Source: an uncultured Acidobacteriota bacterium (GTDB taxonomy: Bacteria > Acidobacteriota > UBA6911). From it: a stretch of 64,000 nucleotides of DNA. Below the pieces are notes generated by a model, which was given only the letters and a program-made list of their open reading frames with translations, was not told the origin of the DNA and did no database searches. This document shows, piece by piece, positions 61,425-64,000 of the stretch; the stretch's first letter is position 1; the number at the start of each line of letters is the position of its first letter. The position numbers and the translations under genes are program-made. The DNA lies in contig CAWHCF010000010.1 in assembly GCA_963827655.1 (NCBI GenBank), forward strand, positions 160,001 through 224,000, written 5' to 3'.

Positions 61425-62615
61425 TCAGTGCACGCGCTCGTAATCACTCTGGAAGCAGCGCCTGATTCCGTAGACCAGAAGGATCGCTGCCGCAATGCAA
61501 ACAAGCGCTGCGGAACTCATCAAGGCGTCAAGTCCAAAGTTCTGTTTCCACATGCCTCCGAAGAGGGCCGCAAAACCCGAAACGAACGCTCCTATCAAGT
61601 TCAGGCATCCCACCGCCGAGGCTCGCGTGTCCGCGGGAACTACCTCGAAAGATGACACCATGAGATTGGCGATGAACAAGCCGCTCCCCAGACCGAATCC
61701 CACCGCAGCAATCTTGGTAAACAGGAGCGAGCTGCTGCTTCCGATCAGGTGAACGCACGGAGCCGAAAGGAAAAGGCCGGCGCAGACCAGCCACAGTCGG
61801 GCTGCCTTCGTGCGACGATAGAGCCGATCGGCCATGGCTCCACCCGCAAGCAAGCCAACCAGCGTGGCCGACTGAAGGTAGACCGTCGCCGTAAAACCTG
61901 CGTCGGCAAGAGTGAGTGAGAACTTTTCGTAGAGGAAATTGGGCAGCCAGGTATAGAGCAGCCAGAGAACGAAGGTAAAAGCCGGAAAAACGACGCAGAG
62001 AAAACGGTAGGTCGGAATTCCCGCAAGCACTCTTATGGCCAGGCGCCCGCCTGAGGTCTTGGTCTCGGCCCGCGCCTCTTCCCCCACGGTTCTCAGGAAT
62101 GCCAGGTAAGGAAAGGCAAAGATGATTCCGAAAACGCCAAGAGAGTAGAAGGCAAACCTCCAGTGATATTCCTGAGCCATGAAGCCGCCGTACCAACCCC
62201 CCATCACGACTCCGGCGAGCTGAGCCGTATCGAAAACCGCGATCGCTCGCGACCGGCTTTCGGGAGGATGAGCGTTGGCCGTCAGCGCAACGGCCGCCGG
62301 CATGAAGAGCGATTCCGTCACTCCAATGAGAGCCCGGCAGGCGAGCAGCATGAATGCCGAGTTCGACAGACCCGTCAAGGCGGTCACGCCGCTCCACAGG
62401 ACCAGGCTCACGACTACCAGCAGCCGCTTGGAGAAACGGTCGCCGATTTGCCCGGCAATGGGAGAACAGATCGCGTAAACCCAGAGGAAGATCGATCCGG
62501 TCAACCCAAGCTCGGTGTCGGTAAACTGGAGCTCTCGCTTGAGCAGAGGAAAGATCGAAAAGACCACCTGGCGGTCGGAATAATTGAGGAAGTAGGCGAC
62601 CCACATCAGGCCCAC
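61425..62615 (-). CDS. MFS transporter (Spinster/ACS-like)
   Basis: LNYSDRQ, G.IGDRFSKR, R.L.GV.ES; about 12 TM helices; true start slightly uncertain. Confidence 0.93.
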   Translation of the reverse strand: MGLMWVAYFLNYSDRQVVFSIFPLLKRELQFTDTELGLTGSIFLWVYAICSPIAGQIGDRFSKRLLVVVSLVLWSGVTALTGLSNSAFMLLACRALIGVTESLFMPAAVALTANAHPPESRSRAIAVFDTAQLAGVVMGGWYGGFMAQEYHWRFAFYSLGVFGIIFAFPYLAFLRTVGEEARAETKTSGGRLAIRVLAGIPTYRFLCVVFPAFTFVLWLLYTWLPNFLYEKFSLTLADAGFTATVYLQSATLVGLLAGGAMADRLYRRTKAARLWLVCAGLFLSAPCVHLIGSSSSLLFTKIAAVGFGLGSGLFIANLMVSSFEVVPADTRASAVGCLNLIGAFVSGFAALFGGMWKQNFGLDALMSSAALVCIAAAILLVYGIRRCFQSDYERVH

Positions 62616-62705
62616 AAGGAACCAGGCCTGTCTGGCATTGCGATCCGGGTGACTGGTAATGTTGTCGGTCAGGCTCGATTCCCTCGTATTTGCTGTTCTT
62701 CGTAT

Positions 62706-62785
62706 TAGCGTTTTTCGTGTCTTCGTGGTTTAGCGCTGCGAAACAAATACCACCAGGACACTAAGACACGGAGAAACACCAAGAA
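62706..62785. repeat. Palindromic 8-nt-period REP-like element
   Basis: GCGTTTTTCGTGTCTTCGTGGTTTAGCGCTGCGAAACAAATACCACCAGGACACTAAGACACGGAGAAACACCAAGAA. Confidence 0.85.
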
Positions 62786-62918
62786 TTTTGGGCGCGGTAG
62801 GACCCGCAATCTATAAACCTCACGAAATTTGCAGTCAAGCGGCAACTGTGGCAGACTGCGCTGCACCAAGAGACGCCGAGGGCTTGCCGTCCCATCCGCC
62901 ATCCTGAGGGAAAACGCG

Positions 62919-63764
62919 GTGCTGGTTGACGTACACAGTCATTTCTTTAGAGATCCCGAGCATTTTACCGCCGATTTCCGACGGCAGGCCCGCCGTGCCC
63001 GCAACGCCGACATCGATCTCACGGTCCGCTGGGAGGAATACCATGCCACGGCGACCCAGTGCGACAAGACCATCGTATTCGGCGGGAAAGCAAAGTTGTC
63101 GGGTCTCTGGGTGCCGGATCGAGACGTTGCCGAGTATGTAAAACTCCATCCTGACCGGCTGATCGGCTTTCTCTCGGTTGATCCCACGCAGGCCGGTTGG
63201 CAGGGCGAGCTCGAGCACGGCCACCAGGATCTGAAGCTTAAAGGGATCAAGCTCATGCCGATGTACGGCGGGTACAAGCCAAACCAGCCGGAGATCGATT
63301 ATGTCTGGGAATATGCCAGCCGGCACGGTCTGCCGGTGCTGGTGCATACCGGCACGACTTTCATCGACCGGGCGCCCCTGGAGTGCACCCTGCCGCGCCT
63401 TCTCGATGACGTCAGCACGCGGTTCCCGGAGCTCCGTCTGATTCTTGCGCATCTTTCGCATCCCTACGAAGGAGAATGTGTGGTCACGATTCGGAAGCAT
63501 CCGAATGTGTATGCGGACTGTTCGGCCCTTCACTACCGCCCATTCCAGCTCTACCAATCCCTCATGCTGGTCCAGGAGTATGGCGTGTGGAACAAAGTCC
63601 TGTTCGGCAGCGATTATCCGTTCACCACGGTGGACGCGAGTGTCGCGGCGATGCGCAAGTTGAACGAAATGCTCGACGGTACCGCTCTCCCTCGTCTGAA
63701 AATGGAACAGATGGAGGAGATGTTCCAGCGCGATACTCTCCACCTTCTTGGAATCTCCGCCTGA
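62919..63764 (+). CDS. Amidohydrolase_2 family metallohydrolase
   Basis: VDVHSH, GIKL.P, PVLVHTG, ILAH, NVYADCS, LFGSDYP; GTG 62919 with GAGGGA RBS. Confidence 0.9.
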   Translation: MLVDVHSHFFRDPEHFTADFRRQARRARNADIDLTVRWEEYHATATQCDKTIVFGGKAKLSGLWVPDRDVAEYVKLHPDRLIGFLSVDPTQAGWQGELEHGHQDLKLKGIKLMPMYGGYKPNQPEIDYVWEYASRHGLPVLVHTGTTFIDRAPLECTLPRLLDDVSTRFPELRLILAHLSHPYEGECVVTIRKHPNVYADCSALHYRPFQLYQSLMLVQEYGVWNKVLFGSDYPFTTVDASVAAMRKLNEMLDGTALPRLKMEQMEEMFQRDTLHLLGISA

Positions 63765-63784
63765 AGCCGGAGGCAATCCTCAGA

Positions 63785-64000
63785 GTGATCTCGGACGCCG
63801 GCCTCTCTAACCAGGAACACGCGAACAAGCGAGGAATCAAAGCGTTCTTACCGGCCGGGAAGAGCGAATGGCAGCGCTGGACTATCGTCCTCTATCTCTG
63901 GGGCGCTTTCTTCCTTGCCTATATCGGCCGGCAATCGATGTTTTCGATTTTTCCGGTCCTGCGTCGCGAACTGGGTTTCACGGAGGTCCAGCTCGGACTG
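63785..64000 (+). CDS. MFS transporter, 5' part (paralogue of 61425..62615; runs off the window edge)
   Basis: Manual translation: WTIVLYLWGAFFLAYIGRQSMFSIFPVLRRELGFTEVQLGL; GGAGG RBS before GTG. Confidence 0.8.
   Translation, partial: MISDAGLSNQEHANKRGIKAFLPAGKSEWQRWTIVLYLWGAFFLAYIGRQSMFSIFPVLRRELGFTEVQLGL

Overview
GC-rich bacterial chromosome segment containing the replication origin. An Acidobacteriota-like source is inferred from gene order and protein style. The left end carries recF(partial)-dnaN-[inserted glycoside-hydrolase-like gene]-oriC-dnaA, followed by HIT-ihfB-sppA-rpsA. Next comes an accessory two-gene module (TIR-DUF4384 protein plus a large TPR-CHAT caspase-like protease) and a sugar-catabolism cluster. 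The rest is mostly housekeeping: Fpg-like glycosylase, M14 peptidase, Hfq-like protein, holB, tmk, yggS, rsmE-dnaJ-grpE-hrcA without dnaK, ald, degP, fbaB-glpX, queE, galT/galE, a PP2C phosphatase, a PEGA/TPR protein and MFS transporters. At least eight genes, including rpsA and holB, carry single-base frameshifts that look like assembly errors. Intergenic DNA is densely populated by short-period inverted repeats (an 8-nt family and several 7-nt families). The best candidate for an undescribed system is the TIR-DUF4384/TPR-CHAT pair, whose two proteins share a thrice-repeated linker motif RDLGA that may be a protease cleavage site. All calls come from reading the sequence by eye; no searches were run.
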